In this document: positions 19,001 through 28,545 of the stretch, piece after piece | Layout: the number at the start of each line of letters is the position of its first letter | Numbering within the stretch: position 1 is the stretch's first letter | From: a bacterium | GTDB taxonomy: Bacteria > Patescibacteriota > Minisyncoccia > Moranbacterales > UBA1568 | DNA length: 64,000 bases | Direction of reading: 5' to 3' | NCBI GenBank assembly: GCA_021821305.1 | Contig: JAKACP010000001.1 | Location: forward strand, 748,421 to 812,420 | The notes under the pieces: model-generated | The model's database searches: none | What the model was told of the DNA's origin: nothing | Seen by the model: the letters and a program-made list of their open reading frames with translations, nothing else | Position numbers and translations under genes: made by a program

Positions 19001-21049
19001 CTATAGTCCGAGCTCGCCTTTCTTCCCCCAGGTATCGATATCATAGGCATAGGCCGCGTCCTCGCTCACGATATAGAAGACATCGTCGATGAACAGCGCC
19101 CGTTTGATACGGTCGCCCTTGGCAGCTTTCGCGAGCGAGAGCTCATTCCCCTCATGCGAGAAGGCGTATCCTCCCTGATATCCCGGAATGAAGAAGATGT
19201 CGTGTGCCGGATCGGCGAGGAAGGCGTGGTGGTTCTGCATGGCTTCCGACCAGTACTCATCGAGGACGTATTTCGAGACCTCGCGCGGCTCATCCGGAGA
19301 CGACACGTCGAACAAGGAGAGTTTCACCTTGTCATCCTCCTTGCCGACACCGAGGATCAGATCATCGCCGAGCGGGTGCAGATAGGACGAGTATCCCGGA
19401 ATCTTCAGTTCCCCGGCCAGGCGCGGTTTATCCGGATCGGAGAGATCGAGCACGTAGAACGGATCGGTCTCCTTGAACGTCACGAGGTATCCGGTCTCAC
19501 CGATGAACCGCGCGGCGTAGATCCGCTCGCCCTGACCCAGGTCGAGCAGGCGGCCTTCCCGATCGAGATCCGCGTCGAGCACGTAGACATCGTTGGCGCT
19601 CGCATCGCTGTTCACCCATCCGAACCCGAACGATTGCCGGCCGCCGACCGTCGTCGCGACGCGCAGGCGACCGTCATATTCGTCGAGCGAGAACTGGTTG
19701 AGGAGATACCCGGGAACCGATCCCTCCGCCGCGAGCGACAGATCCGACAACGAGAGCTTCGCGATGCCGGTCGACCCGAGTTCCCGGAGATGGGTCTTGG
19801 CGTAGTCGGTCATCCGGTTCTGCACCTCGCTTTGGAATCGGAGACGGTCGTCGGCATCGCGCGAAAAGAGCGCCTGTTCCATGATCCGCGAGAACTCCGT
19901 CATCTTCGCGTCCTGGCCGATATCGTAGCCGGCAAGCTTCTCGAGCCGCTCGAATATCCCTTCGGGAAGCAGATCGCGGTTGCCGCGGAAAAATCCGAGG
20001 ATGTACCCCATCGGGTCACCCGCCTCCGGGAAGGTCGCGTAGACGGCGTTCTCGCTCATATAGACCGTCGACTGGCCGGAGGACCCGACGAACGACGTCT
20101 TCGCCTTGGCGGCGCCGGTCTTCGGGTCGACCGCGACCGCGGCGAACACCGCGTCCACGAAGGACGGGACGGCCGGCCGATAGATATCGACGCAGGCGAT
20201 CGAGAGCTTCTCGGCGCCGACCGAAAACGGGGTTATCGGACACGGGGAGGATTCGTTCACCCAGGTTTTTTCGACGAGGTAGAGCGTATCTCCGTATTTC
20301 CTCGCCGCGAGAAGCTCGGTCCCGTCGGTCTGCCGGAGCACCCATTTTTCCTTCGGGTTCGCCTTGTCCGAGATATCGAAGGCGGCGATATCGCGCCGCG
20401 ACAGATCGAACACGACGAGCGTGTCACCGAAGAGGAGCATCTCTCCGCTCCGTCCCAGCGAAGCCACCTTCGACATCGCTTCCGCCGGAACCGCGGAGAT
20501 GATATCCGTCCGTCCCGTCGGAACGTATGCCGGGACGGTACCGCTCTCCCCCGGAGCGAGCAGACTCGCTTCCGTATCGGCGGCGCGCTTTTCCATGACC
20601 GGGCTGTCGAGTATGCGGTAGTCCGGTTCACGCGAGAAATATATGGTCGATCCGTCCGTCTTCACGATATCCGGCTCGTCGATCCCCGCGACCTGGACGT
20701 TCGTCTCGGAAAATCGTTCCGGTGTCGCGGTGGATTTCACGGAGGTCTCCGGTGTCGCGGCATCCAGGGTCATGACGTCGCCCCCCATCCGTCCGCCCAT
20801 ACCGAACCCGGACGATTGGGCCGCTCGGGCCGCGACGAGGTAGCTTCTGAACTCCTCCTCGCTTCCGAACTTCCCGATATCCCCGACACGACCCGCGTCG
20901 GGCGAACCCGCCTTCGGCAGGACATCCGACAGACGGCCTTTCATGTTCCCGATCTCGCGTATCGATGGTATGAGCGCGACGATCGCCGCGAGTATCCCGA
21001 ACAGCGCGAGGAGCAACCCGAGCGCGAGGAGAAGTCGTTTCGTTTGCAT
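19001..21049 (-). CDS. Secreted beta-propeller domain protein
   Basis: FSETNVQVAGIDEPDIVKTDG, LNQFSLDEY, ERIYAARF, GELKIPGYSSYLHP; N-terminal TM. Confidence 0.9.
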   Translation of the reverse strand: MQTKRLLLALGLLLALFGILAAIVALIPSIREIGNMKGRLSDVLPKAGSPDAGRVGDIGKFGSEEEFRSYLVAARAAQSSGFGMGGRMGGDVMTLDAATPETSVKSTATPERFSETNVQVAGIDEPDIVKTDGSTIYFSREPDYRILDSPVMEKRAADTEASLLAPGESGTVPAYVPTGRTDIISAVPAEAMSKVASLGRSGEMLLFGDTLVVFDLSRRDIAAFDISDKANPKEKWVLRQTDGTELLAARKYGDTLYLVEKTWVNESSPCPITPFSVGAEKLSIACVDIYRPAVPSFVDAVFAAVAVDPKTGAAKAKTSFVGSSGQSTVYMSENAVYATFPEAGDPMGYILGFFRGNRDLLPEGIFERLEKLAGYDIGQDAKMTEFSRIMEQALFSRDADDRLRFQSEVQNRMTDYAKTHLRELGSTGIAKLSLSDLSLAAEGSVPGYLLNQFSLDEYDGRLRVATTVGGRQSFGFGWVNSDASANDVYVLDADLDREGRLLDLGQGERIYAARFIGETGYLVTFKETDPFYVLDLSDPDKPRLAGELKIPGYSSYLHPLGDDLILGVGKEDDKVKLSLFDVSSPDEPREVSKYVLDEYWSEAMQNHHAFLADPAHDIFFIPGYQGGYAFSHEGNELSLAKAAKGDRIKRALFIDDVFYIVSEDAAYAYDIDTWGKKGELGL

Positions 21050-21118
21050 GGCATTTGTATGAACGTATTCGCCTCCAGTATATCAGAAACTGTCCGACAT
21101 GAGATCTCGGGCAGTTTC

Positions 21119-22654
21119 TTATAACCCGAGCTTCGCGAGCCGCGAGCGTATGCCGCCCGGCTCGCGGCCGAGGATCGCGGCGATCTCGGCGACGGAAAGT
21201 TCCTTGCGATGCATCGCACGCAGTTCCGCCTCCTCCTCTTCGCTCCATCGCCGATAGGCGCCGGGACGTTTTTCCTTCCTTTGTTTTCCCGGAACGGTTT
21301 TCTTCTTCGGTTTCGCCTTTTCGCTCGACCGCACCTCGCCACCGCTCCGCCTTATGAACGTTTCGGACTGGTCCCGAAGCTCCGTTTCGGAGAGAGCGGC
21401 GTATCGGGCCCGCGCCTCGTCGGACGCGGCTCGGAAGAGTGCATCCTGCTCCGATACCCCGGGATGGACGCGGAACGCCTGCGCGGAAACGCCGAGAAGA
21501 TGTACTCCCTCGAGTGTCCGCACCCGGGAGAGCGCGACATACCCCTGTCCGAACTCGAATACCCGGGAGAGGTCCATCACCGCGGCGTCGAGGCTCATGC
21601 CCTGGCTCTTGTGTATCGTCATGGCCCAGGCCAATCGGAGCGGAATCTGTATGATCTTGGCGAGCGGTTCCCCGTCCTCCTCGAGCAGCCACTCCATCGG
21701 TTCGACCGTGATGCGCTTGCCTTCCCGTGTCTCGATGATCGGGTAGCGGCGTTCATCGGCGAATCCGACCACCGTACCGAGCGTGCCGTTTACGAACCCG
21801 GCGCTCGGATTGTTCTTGGTGCAGACGACGGACGCGCCCTCCTTGAGCTCGAGACGTTCCGGAGACAGGCATCCCTTCTTGAGCGAGGCGACGAGCCCCT
21901 CGGGGCCGCGTTCCGCCATGACGAATACCCATGTCTTCCCGGAAAGGCGCGCGAGTTCGCGCGCGTTAAGCGTGTCCACGTTGGTGTTGTGCGAATACAG
22001 CCGCACGACCTCGGGAGGAACCGGCAACCGTACCGAGAGCCGCGCCTCGATGCGCTCGAAATGCGTCTCGTCGAATTCGTCCCGGCGGATCGCTCCGAGC
22101 ACCTCGAGAAACGCCCGGTCCTCCTGCCGGTACTGTTCCTCGAGATAACAGACGGCGGGCGAAAGCGATCGCCACGCGGCCGACTCGAACGCGAAGGTGA
22201 CCCGCTCCCCTCCCCGCGATACCGGCGGAAGCTGAAAGAAATCGCCAACGAAGACGACCTGCATGCCGCCCCACGGCTCCTCGGACTTGCGTGCCCTGCG
22301 GCAGACCCTCTCGACCATGTCGAGCGTGTCGCCGTCTATCATCGACACCTCGTCGATGATGAGCGTGCGGCAGTTCTTGATGCGGCGCGCGATGTATCTC
22401 CCGCGGGCGATGTCGGTTATATCCCCGTCGGTAAGATGCCGGCGGATGCCGATACCGCTCCACGAGTGGAGCGTCATGCCGTGGATATGCGTCGCGGCGA
22501 TGCCCGTCGATGCCGTGATGGCGGGTTCGATGCCGCGGTCGCGCAGGTAGCGGACGTAGCGGTTTACGGTATGCGTCTTTCCCGATCCGGGCTCTCCGGT
22601 CAGAAACACGCTCGCTCCGGTCTTGAGTATGGTCAGAGCCTCTTCTTGGGTCAT
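21119..22654 (-). CDS. PIF1/RecD-like SF1B helicase with C-terminal HTH
   Basis: GEPGSGKT, DEVSM, GDFFQLPPV, QIPLRLAWAMTIHKSQG, YVALSR. Confidence 0.92.
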   Translation of the reverse strand: MTQEEALTILKTGASVFLTGEPGSGKTHTVNRYVRYLRDRGIEPAITASTGIAATHIHGMTLHSWSGIGIRRHLTDGDITDIARGRYIARRIKNCRTLIIDEVSMIDGDTLDMVERVCRRARKSEEPWGGMQVVFVGDFFQLPPVSRGGERVTFAFESAAWRSLSPAVCYLEEQYRQEDRAFLEVLGAIRRDEFDETHFERIEARLSVRLPVPPEVVRLYSHNTNVDTLNARELARLSGKTWVFVMAERGPEGLVASLKKGCLSPERLELKEGASVVCTKNNPSAGFVNGTLGTVVGFADERRYPIIETREGKRITVEPMEWLLEEDGEPLAKIIQIPLRLAWAMTIHKSQGMSLDAAVMDLSRVFEFGQGYVALSRVRTLEGVHLLGVSAQAFRVHPGVSEQDALFRAASDEARARYAALSETELRDQSETFIRRSGGEVRSSEKAKPKKKTVPGKQRKEKRPGAYRRWSEEEEAELRAMHRKELSVAEIAAILGREPGGIRSRLAKLGL

Positions 22655-22687
22655 AGGTATCAGGGCGATGAGATATCGGACGGTTAC

Positions 22688-23047
22688 TTAGCTCATGAAA
22701 TCGGGATCGCCGTCCAAGCGGGCATGCCAGGCGGCCACGTTGGTATAGACATAGAGGACGAGCACGACCAGAAAGAGTCCGGACAGATGTTCCGCATCGG
22801 GAGCGGCCGCGCCGATGAGGAGAACGGTCATGGGAAAAGAGATGAGCGGAAGCGCTATGTCGCTCGCCACGTTCCACGATGCCTCACGGAGACGGAAGCG
22901 CATCTCCAGAAGTTCCCAAAAAACCGCGAACGCGAAGGTGAGGAAAAACATGGGCAGTACCGGCAACGCGAACACGGCCGCGAACAGCGCGGCCACCGCC
23001 CCGGACAGGAAGTGCGGTATGGACCAGAAGTCGAGCAGTGTCTTCAT
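22688..23047 (-). CDS. Small membrane protein
   Basis: DFWSIPHFLSG, FWELLE, four hydrophobic segments. Confidence 0.8.
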   Translation of the reverse strand: MKTLLDFWSIPHFLSGAVAALFAAVFALPVLPMFFLTFAFAVFWELLEMRFRLREASWNVASDIALPLISFPMTVLLIGAAAPDAEHLSGLFLVVLVLYVYTNVAAWHARLDGDPDFMS

Positions 23048-23141
23048 ATGGGTCCACTGTACCATATTCGACCACCCGCGAACAAAGAAAACGAAAAATC
23101 CGCCGTGAAGGCGGATTTTCGATCGTCAGTTAGGCGAAGCT

Positions 23142-24416
23142 CTACGCTCGGAATTTGTCGATGAAAGTGAGGGCGCTTCCCGATTTGCTCCCGCGACCGG
23201 TCCGACCGATACGGTGGATATAGTCCTCGTAGGTCGCCGGCAGATCGTAGTTGATGACATGCGTCACGCCATCGATATCGAGGCCGCGCGCCGCCACATC
23301 GGTCGCGACGAGCACGCTGACCTTCCCCGCGCGGAAGCCGTCGAGCGCGCGCTTGCGCTGACCCTGTGACAGATCGCCATGGATGGCGTCGGCCTGGAAG
23401 CCGCGGATCTTGAGCGTCTTCGCGAGCTTGGCCGCGCCGTACTTGGTACGCAGGAAGATGATCGACTTCTCGAACTCGGGCTTGAGGAGGAGATCATGGA
23501 GTATCTCGACCTTCTTCTCCCGGCTCTCGGAATAGATGACGTCCTGGTCGACGTTCTCGGAGGTGGCACGGGACGACGGGATGGAGATCATGATCGGGTC
23601 CTGGAGGAACTTCATCGCGAGGTCCTTGGCTCCGCGCTCGAGCGTAGCCGAAAAGAAGAGCGACTGCCGCTTCTCGGGAAGCAGGGAGAGGAGATGTCGG
23701 ATTTCCTTGACGAATCCCATGTCGAGCATGCGGTCCACCTCATCGAGGACGACATTGCTGTAATCGGGCATCATGAGGAACTTCCGATCGATCAGGTCCT
23801 TGACCCGTCCCGGGGTACCGATGACGAAGTTCGGCGAGCGACGCACGTCGCGCGCCTGCTTATCGAGATGCACGCCGCCGATCGTGAGCACGGAGGCAAG
23901 GTTCATCCCGCGCGCGAATTCCTTGAATTCCTCCTCGATCTGGACGGCGAGTTCACGCGTCGGGACGAGGATGATCGCGCGTTCCTTGGGATGGAGGAGC
24001 GCCTTGTTGATGAGCGGAATGAGGAACGCGGCGGTCTTGCCGGTTCCGGTATTGGCGATACCGATGAGGTCGCGTCCCTTCAGGATATGCGGGATCGCAC
24101 CGTCCTGGATCGGGGTCGGATGCTCGTAGTTCCGCCGTGCGATGGACGCCTTGAGGCGTTCCTCTATATGGAAATCGGCGAAGCGATGCTCCGGATGGAA
24201 AGCGACGGTCTCGGTCTTCTCTATCGCCTTGCGGACGAACATGGAGACGTCGAGGCCAAGCTGACCCTTCTGCTTCTTGGCACCGCGCTTCATGTCGCGG
24301 AACGTGAACGGATTGTTCCCCTTCTTGACCGGACCGGTGTATTTCTTCGGCCCGCGCGACCCGCCGAATCCCCCGGATCCGGTCTTTTTTGCTCCCGTAT
24401 AAGATTTCTTGTACAT
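23142..24416 (-). CDS. DEAD/DEAH-box RNA helicase
   Basis: PTPIQ, TGTGKT, PTRELA, DEVD, SAT, ARGLD, HRIGRTGR. Confidence 0.95.
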   Translation of the reverse strand: MYKKSYTGAKKTGSGGFGGSRGPKKYTGPVKKGNNPFTFRDMKRGAKKQKGQLGLDVSMFVRKAIEKTETVAFHPEHRFADFHIEERLKASIARRNYEHPTPIQDGAIPHILKGRDLIGIANTGTGKTAAFLIPLINKALLHPKERAIILVPTRELAVQIEEEFKEFARGMNLASVLTIGGVHLDKQARDVRRSPNFVIGTPGRVKDLIDRKFLMMPDYSNVVLDEVDRMLDMGFVKEIRHLLSLLPEKRQSLFFSATLERGAKDLAMKFLQDPIMISIPSSRATSENVDQDVIYSESREKKVEILHDLLLKPEFEKSIIFLRTKYGAAKLAKTLKIRGFQADAIHGDLSQGQRKRALDGFRAGKVSVLVATDVAARGLDIDGVTHVINYDLPATYEDYIHRIGRTGRGSKSGSALTFIDKFRA

Positions 24417-24435
24417 GATTCTCTATGATTATCTA

Positions 24436-24525
24436 CTAAAAAAGCGCCTGTGAGGCACTTGTTCAATAGATGAAAAAAGATACCATACAGCGATTCACTA
24501 TATCACTTCCTCGTTGCGATGTCAA
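24436..24525 (-). promoter_or_regulatory. Promoter and leader hairpin plus U-run of the DEAD-box gene
   Basis: TTGACA-17-TATAGT; AAGTGCCT-CAC-AGGCGCTT followed by a T-run before the start codon. Confidence 0.6.
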
Positions 24526-24605
24526 GTGCGCACGACCCGACGCCCGGAGCGCGAACCCCGGAGAAAACAGAAATCCCGATCGGACGGACCGAACGGGATC
24601 CTTGT

Positions 24606-24826
24606 TCTTGGCGGGGACGAAGGGACTCGGTCACGGATAATCCGCTCGCCGTCGCGACCGGATTTCCGCGACCCCGGCTCGCGGTTTCGCGTGCTCGCGA
24701 AACATCGCTCCGCCTTCCTCGTCCCTACGCAAGCGAAGCAGTTCGCTTGCTTCGTCTTCCGAAAGAAAACGAAATCCTGACCATATGGTCGGGATTTGTG
24801 ATCTTGGCGGGGACGAAGGGACTCGG
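24606..24826 (-). repeat. 25-bp direct repeat of the tRNA-Asp 3' end bracketing a structured spacer
   Basis: TCTTGGCGGGGACGAAGGGACTCGG at 24606-24630 and 24802-24826. Confidence 0.9.
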
Positions 24827-24881
24827 ACCCTCGACCTCCACAGTGACAGTGTGGCGCTCTAACCAGCTGAGCTACGCCCCC
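24805..24881 (-). tRNA. tRNA-Asp(GTC)
   Basis: Cloverleaf, anticodon arm CCACA-CTGTCAC-TGTGG, encoded CCA; T-loop reads TCCGA. Confidence 0.93.
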
Positions 24882-24977
24882 AAGATGACTTCCTCGTATA
24901 TCCGATACCACAATCCAATCACCAAACAATCACTCCGTTTGGTTGTTGGAGCCTGGTCCCCGGTCTTTTTTCAAGAG

Positions 24978-25051
24978 TACCAGGGGAGAGATTCGAACTC
25001 TCGACCCCGGGCTTATGAGTCCCGTGCTCTAACCAACTGAGCTACCCTGGC
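24978..25051 (-). tRNA. tRNA with CAT anticodon (elongator Met or Ile2)
   Basis: Cloverleaf, anticodon loop CTCATAA, GTTCGAATC; CCA not encoded. Confidence 0.9.
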
Positions 25052-25095
25052 GATAGATAGTTCAAACCCGATTCCCACATTTTGCACTAACTATG

Positions 25096-25169
25096 TTGCG
25101 GGGGTGGGATTCGAACCCACGACCTCCTGGTTATGAGCCAGACGAGCTGCCAGACTGCTCTACCCCGCT
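25096..25169 (-). tRNA. Initiator tRNA-fMet(CAT)
   Basis: 1:72 mismatch (A:A), initiator-type D arm GAGCAGTCTGGCAGCTC, loop CTCATAA. Confidence 0.9.
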
Positions 25170-25184
25170 GTATTGACCGCCTTG

Positions 25185-25258
25185 TGGGTGATCCAAGATT
25201 CGAACTTGGGACCTCGACATTATCAGTGTCGCGCTCTAACCAACTGAGCTAATCACCC
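25185..25258 (-). tRNA. tRNA-Ile(GAT)
   Basis: Cloverleaf, CGACA-CTGATAA-TGTCG. Confidence 0.95.
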
Positions 25259-25283
25259 GTATTTGGTTGCGGCCGAGAATACC

Positions 25284-25339
25284 AAAAAGAGCTCAGTGCC
25301 GAGCCCGTACACTGTACACTATCCCGAGAAAAAGTTCAA
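25284..25339 (-). promoter_or_regulatory. tRNA cluster promoter with leader hairpin
   Basis: TTGAAC-17-TACAGT, then GGGCTC-6-GAGCTC-TTTTT. Confidence 0.6.
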
Positions 25340-26004
25340 GGGGTTCGTCCGGTGTCGGCGTTTTCCGCGAGGAATTTCGCGGCCGAAGGGCAGATATTCG
25401 CGATCGGACACTCCCCGCACTTCGGTTTCCGTGGGATACAGATGGCGCGGCCGTGGGTGATGAAGAGCTCGTTTATGAGGAGATAATCCTTCGGTGCGAA
25501 CAGCTTCCCGAGATCCTCGGACATCCTGTCCGCCGTCGTAGCGTTCGAGAGCCCGAGCCGCGGCGCGACCCGGAAGACATGCGTGTCGACCGCGACGCCG
25601 AGGTGCTTGCCGAACGCCTTGGCGAGCACGATGTAGGCAGTCTTGTGCGAAACGCCGGGGAGTGAGAGCAATCCCTCGAGCGTGTTCGGGACTTCACCGC
25701 CATACTTTTCGACGAGGATCTTCCCGAGCCCCTTCAGATGCTTCGCCTTGTTCCGATAGAATCCCGTCGAATAGATCTCCTTCTCGAGCGTCGCGAGGTC
25801 CGCCGTCGCGTACGCGTCCGCGGTCCGGTATTTCGCGAAAAGCGTCTCGGTCACCCGGTTCACCCGCTCGTCCGTGCACTGTGCCGAGAGTACCGTTCCC
25901 ACCACCAATTCCAATGGCGTGGACCATGCGACGAACGGCCCAGGTTCGGGGTAGGCCTTCTTGAGGCATTTCATTATTTCCCGGATGCGGTCTTTCTCGG
26001 TCAT
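25336..26004 (-). CDS. nth: Endonuclease III
   Basis: LSAQCTD, HhH LPGVSHKTA, VDTHVFR, CxxxxxxCxxCxxxxxC FeS motif. Confidence 0.95.
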   Translation of the reverse strand: MTEKDRIREIMKCLKKAYPEPGPFVAWSTPLELVVGTVLSAQCTDERVNRVTETLFAKYRTADAYATADLATLEKEIYSTGFYRNKAKHLKGLGKILVEKYGGEVPNTLEGLLSLPGVSHKTAYIVLAKAFGKHLGVAVDTHVFRVAPRLGLSNATTADRMSEDLGKLFAPKDYLLINELFITHGRAICIPRKPKCGECPIANICPSAAKFLAENADTGRTP

Positions 26005-27761
26005 ACGCCGCCTGTCCGTTCGGGGCATTCATGGAAAATCCTCGCCGTGCACGAGGCGCATATCTCGTGGCTCAGTTTCTTCCTCACGATCGCGGCGAGC
26101 GCTTCGCTCTTGGACGTGAAGATGTTCTCCTCGCCCAGGACATCGACATATCCGCCGCTCTCGAGCACTTCCAGGACGACCGGATTCACGTTCGACAAGA
26201 AGAGATCGCCTCCCGCCTTCCGGAGACGTTCCGCGCGATGGACCAGCATGTCCGCGCCGGCAAGATCGATATGGCTGATCCCCGTACAGACCAGGAGTAG
26301 GAACTTCCTCCCCTTCCCGGCCGATTCCAATCTCAGGAATTCGCTTTCGACATGCTCCACCGAACCGAAAAAGAGCGAACCGTCGATACGGACCGTCTCG
26401 AGCTGCGGACACAGCGGAAGATTTTCCACCACTGAGAACTTCCGTTTCGGATGTTCCGGGTCCGGAACGTATCTGACGACGGCCGGACGGGCTGCCCGGC
26501 GGAGGTAGAGCGCGAGCGACAGGAGTATGCCGATGAAGATGGCGAACTCGAGTTCGATCAGAAGCGTGGAGACGAACGTCACCAGAAGGAGCGCGGACTC
26601 GGATCGGCTCGCCTTCACGATCGAGCGGATGTGATGGAAGTCGACGAGACCCCACGCGACCAGGAACAATACCGCCGCCATCACCGCGAGCGGCAGGAAT
26701 GCCGCGAGCGGCGCCACGAACAGCACGATCACGGCGAGGAACACGGATGCGAACACGGAAGCGAGCGGCGTCTTGGCTCCCGCCTCGAAATTGAGTCCGC
26801 TCCGGTTGAAGGATCCGCTCGACGGATAGGCGGAAAAGAAGCTCCCGATCACATTGGAAGCGCCCTGCCCTATGAATTCCTGATTCCCGTCGATATGCTG
26901 GCCGGATTTCAGGCCGACGGCCCGCGCGATGGCGACCGCTTCGGTGAGCGCGAGGAGCGTGATCGCGAGCGCCGACGAGGAGAGCATCCCCACCGTCTCG
27001 AGATCGAGCTCGGGAAGCGACACGGGCGGCAGGGTCGCCGGGATACTGCCGACGGTCCGGATACCCGTCATCGCCGCGCCGTAATGTTCATTGAGGAAGA
27101 ATCCGAGCACGCTTCCCGCGAGAATCGCCGGAATCATATACGGGATCCGCCGGAACCATGTCTTGACGGCGATACCGACCACGAGCGTCACCGCGCCGAC
27201 GAGCACGACGTACCAGTTCATGGAAGCGAGGTTCGTGAAGAAATAGTGCCACGTCTCGGAAAACGAACTTCCCTGCGGAACCGCTATCCCGAAAAAATTC
27301 TTCACCTGGTTGGAGGCGATGAGAATAGCCGCGCCGGCGGTGAATCCGATCACGACCGTATGCGAGATGAAGTTCACGAGCGACCCGAGCTGCATCCATC
27401 CCATGATGAGCTGGATGGCACCGACCAAAAACGAGAGCGTGATCGCGAGGCCGACGTATTCGGCGCTTCCGACGGCCGCCATCGGACTCACCGACGCGAA
27501 GACGACGAGCGAGATCGCGGTGGTCGGCCCGGAGACGAGGTGCCACGACGACCCCCAGAGCGCCGCGATGATGGCCGGGACGATCGCGGAATAGAGACCG
27601 TACTCGGGAGGGAGCCCGGCGATCGTCGCGAAGGCCACGCCCTGCGGAAGGACGATGATCGCGCCGACCAGCCCCGCCAGGGTATCTTTGCGGAGCGAAA
27701 AACGGTTCACCTGCGACTTCCACGTCAGGAAAGGGAATATCTTGCTAAGACGCTGTTCCAT
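26001..27761 (-). CDS. SulP family anion transporter with STAS domain
   Basis: PQGVAFA..AGLP..GLY, NQEFIGQG, GSFNRS, C-terminal STAS (GSLFFGS, IDLAG). Confidence 0.95.
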   Translation of the reverse strand: MEQRLSKIFPFLTWKSQVNRFSLRKDTLAGLVGAIIVLPQGVAFATIAGLPPEYGLYSAIVPAIIAALWGSSWHLVSGPTTAISLVVFASVSPMAAVGSAEYVGLAITLSFLVGAIQLIMGWMQLGSLVNFISHTVVIGFTAGAAILIASNQVKNFFGIAVPQGSSFSETWHYFFTNLASMNWYVVLVGAVTLVVGIAVKTWFRRIPYMIPAILAGSVLGFFLNEHYGAAMTGIRTVGSIPATLPPVSLPELDLETVGMLSSSALAITLLALTEAVAIARAVGLKSGQHIDGNQEFIGQGASNVIGSFFSAYPSSGSFNRSGLNFEAGAKTPLASVFASVFLAVIVLFVAPLAAFLPLAVMAAVLFLVAWGLVDFHHIRSIVKASRSESALLLVTFVSTLLIELEFAIFIGILLSLALYLRRAARPAVVRYVPDPEHPKRKFSVVENLPLCPQLETVRIDGSLFFGSVEHVESEFLRLESAGKGRKFLLLVCTGISHIDLAGADMLVHRAERLRKAGGDLFLSNVNPVVLEVLESGGYVDVLGEENIFTSKSEALAAIVRKKLSHEICASCTARIFHECPERTGGV

Positions 27762-27908
27762 AGGACAAAACATAAGAACATCCGGTCAGGATGTACTGAT
27801 ACCTCCGAAGACTCGGCCGGAAAGAAAGCCGACGAACGAGGAAATCGTAGCGGAAATCGACGGATTTGTCCATGAAGGACCATCCGAGGAGCGAACTCAT
27901 TCCCCTCC

Positions 27909-28304
27909 CTATCGGGGACTCTCCAGTCTACGGATCATCTTCTTGATCTCCTCGAGATCCGCCTGCATGTCGCGGATTTCCGATTCGGCCTTCCTGTCGA
28001 CGGCGAAATCCTGCGCCGCCTTGGCGCGGTCGCGTTCGGCGGTCCGGTTCTGGCTCATAAGGATGACCGGCGCCTGGAACGCCGCCATCATGGACAGGAA
28101 GAGATTGAGCAGGATGAACGGATACGGATCCCAGTGCGCGATCGCACCGACGACATTCACGATCATCCAGATCACGAGCAGTCCCATGAGAGTGAGGATG
28201 AACGTCCAACTCCCGGCCCATTTCGTGAGCGTGTCCGCCGCCTTCTGTCCGGGCGTTCTCCGCCTCCGGTCCACGTCGCCGTTTTTTCTCTGCTCCTGTG
28301 ACAT
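27909..28304 (-). CDS. DUF1003 membrane protein
   Basis: GSWTFI, WDPYPFILLNL.LS..AAFQAPVILMSQNR. Confidence 0.92.
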   Translation of the reverse strand: MSQEQRKNGDVDRRRRTPGQKAADTLTKWAGSWTFILTLMGLLVIWMIVNVVGAIAHWDPYPFILLNLFLSMMAAFQAPVILMSQNRTAERDRAKAAQDFAVDRKAESEIRDMQADLEEIKKMIRRLESPR

Positions 28305-28381
28305 ATGTTTTTCGGATGAAAGAAGGATCGATATCATTGTAGCATGAAAAAACGGGACTGAGCCCGTTTTCATCATATTCG

Positions 28382-28454
28382 TGGACCGTACAGGATTCGA
28401 ACCTGCGACCCCCGCATTGCAAATGCGGTGCTCTACCAACTGAGCTAACGGCCC
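28382..28454 (-). tRNA. tRNA-Ala(TGC)
   Basis: Cloverleaf, loop TTTGCAA, G3:U70 pair. Confidence 0.95.
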
Positions 28455-28545
28455 ATCTTCGAACGGATATTTCGCTTCAGCATCCTAGCGAAAAGCCCGG
28501 GTTTTGTCTATGCTGGAAAATGAACCCGTCGAAACTCCTTTCACT

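Noticed and set aside
21119-22654. PIF1-like helicase as part of a defence or Helitron-like system
   Set aside because: No partner nuclease or HUH domain; neighbours are ordinary genes
24606-24826. tRNA-Asp repeat as attL/attR of an intact integrative element
   Set aside because: Only ~170 bp between repeats and no integrase; at most a scar or miniature element
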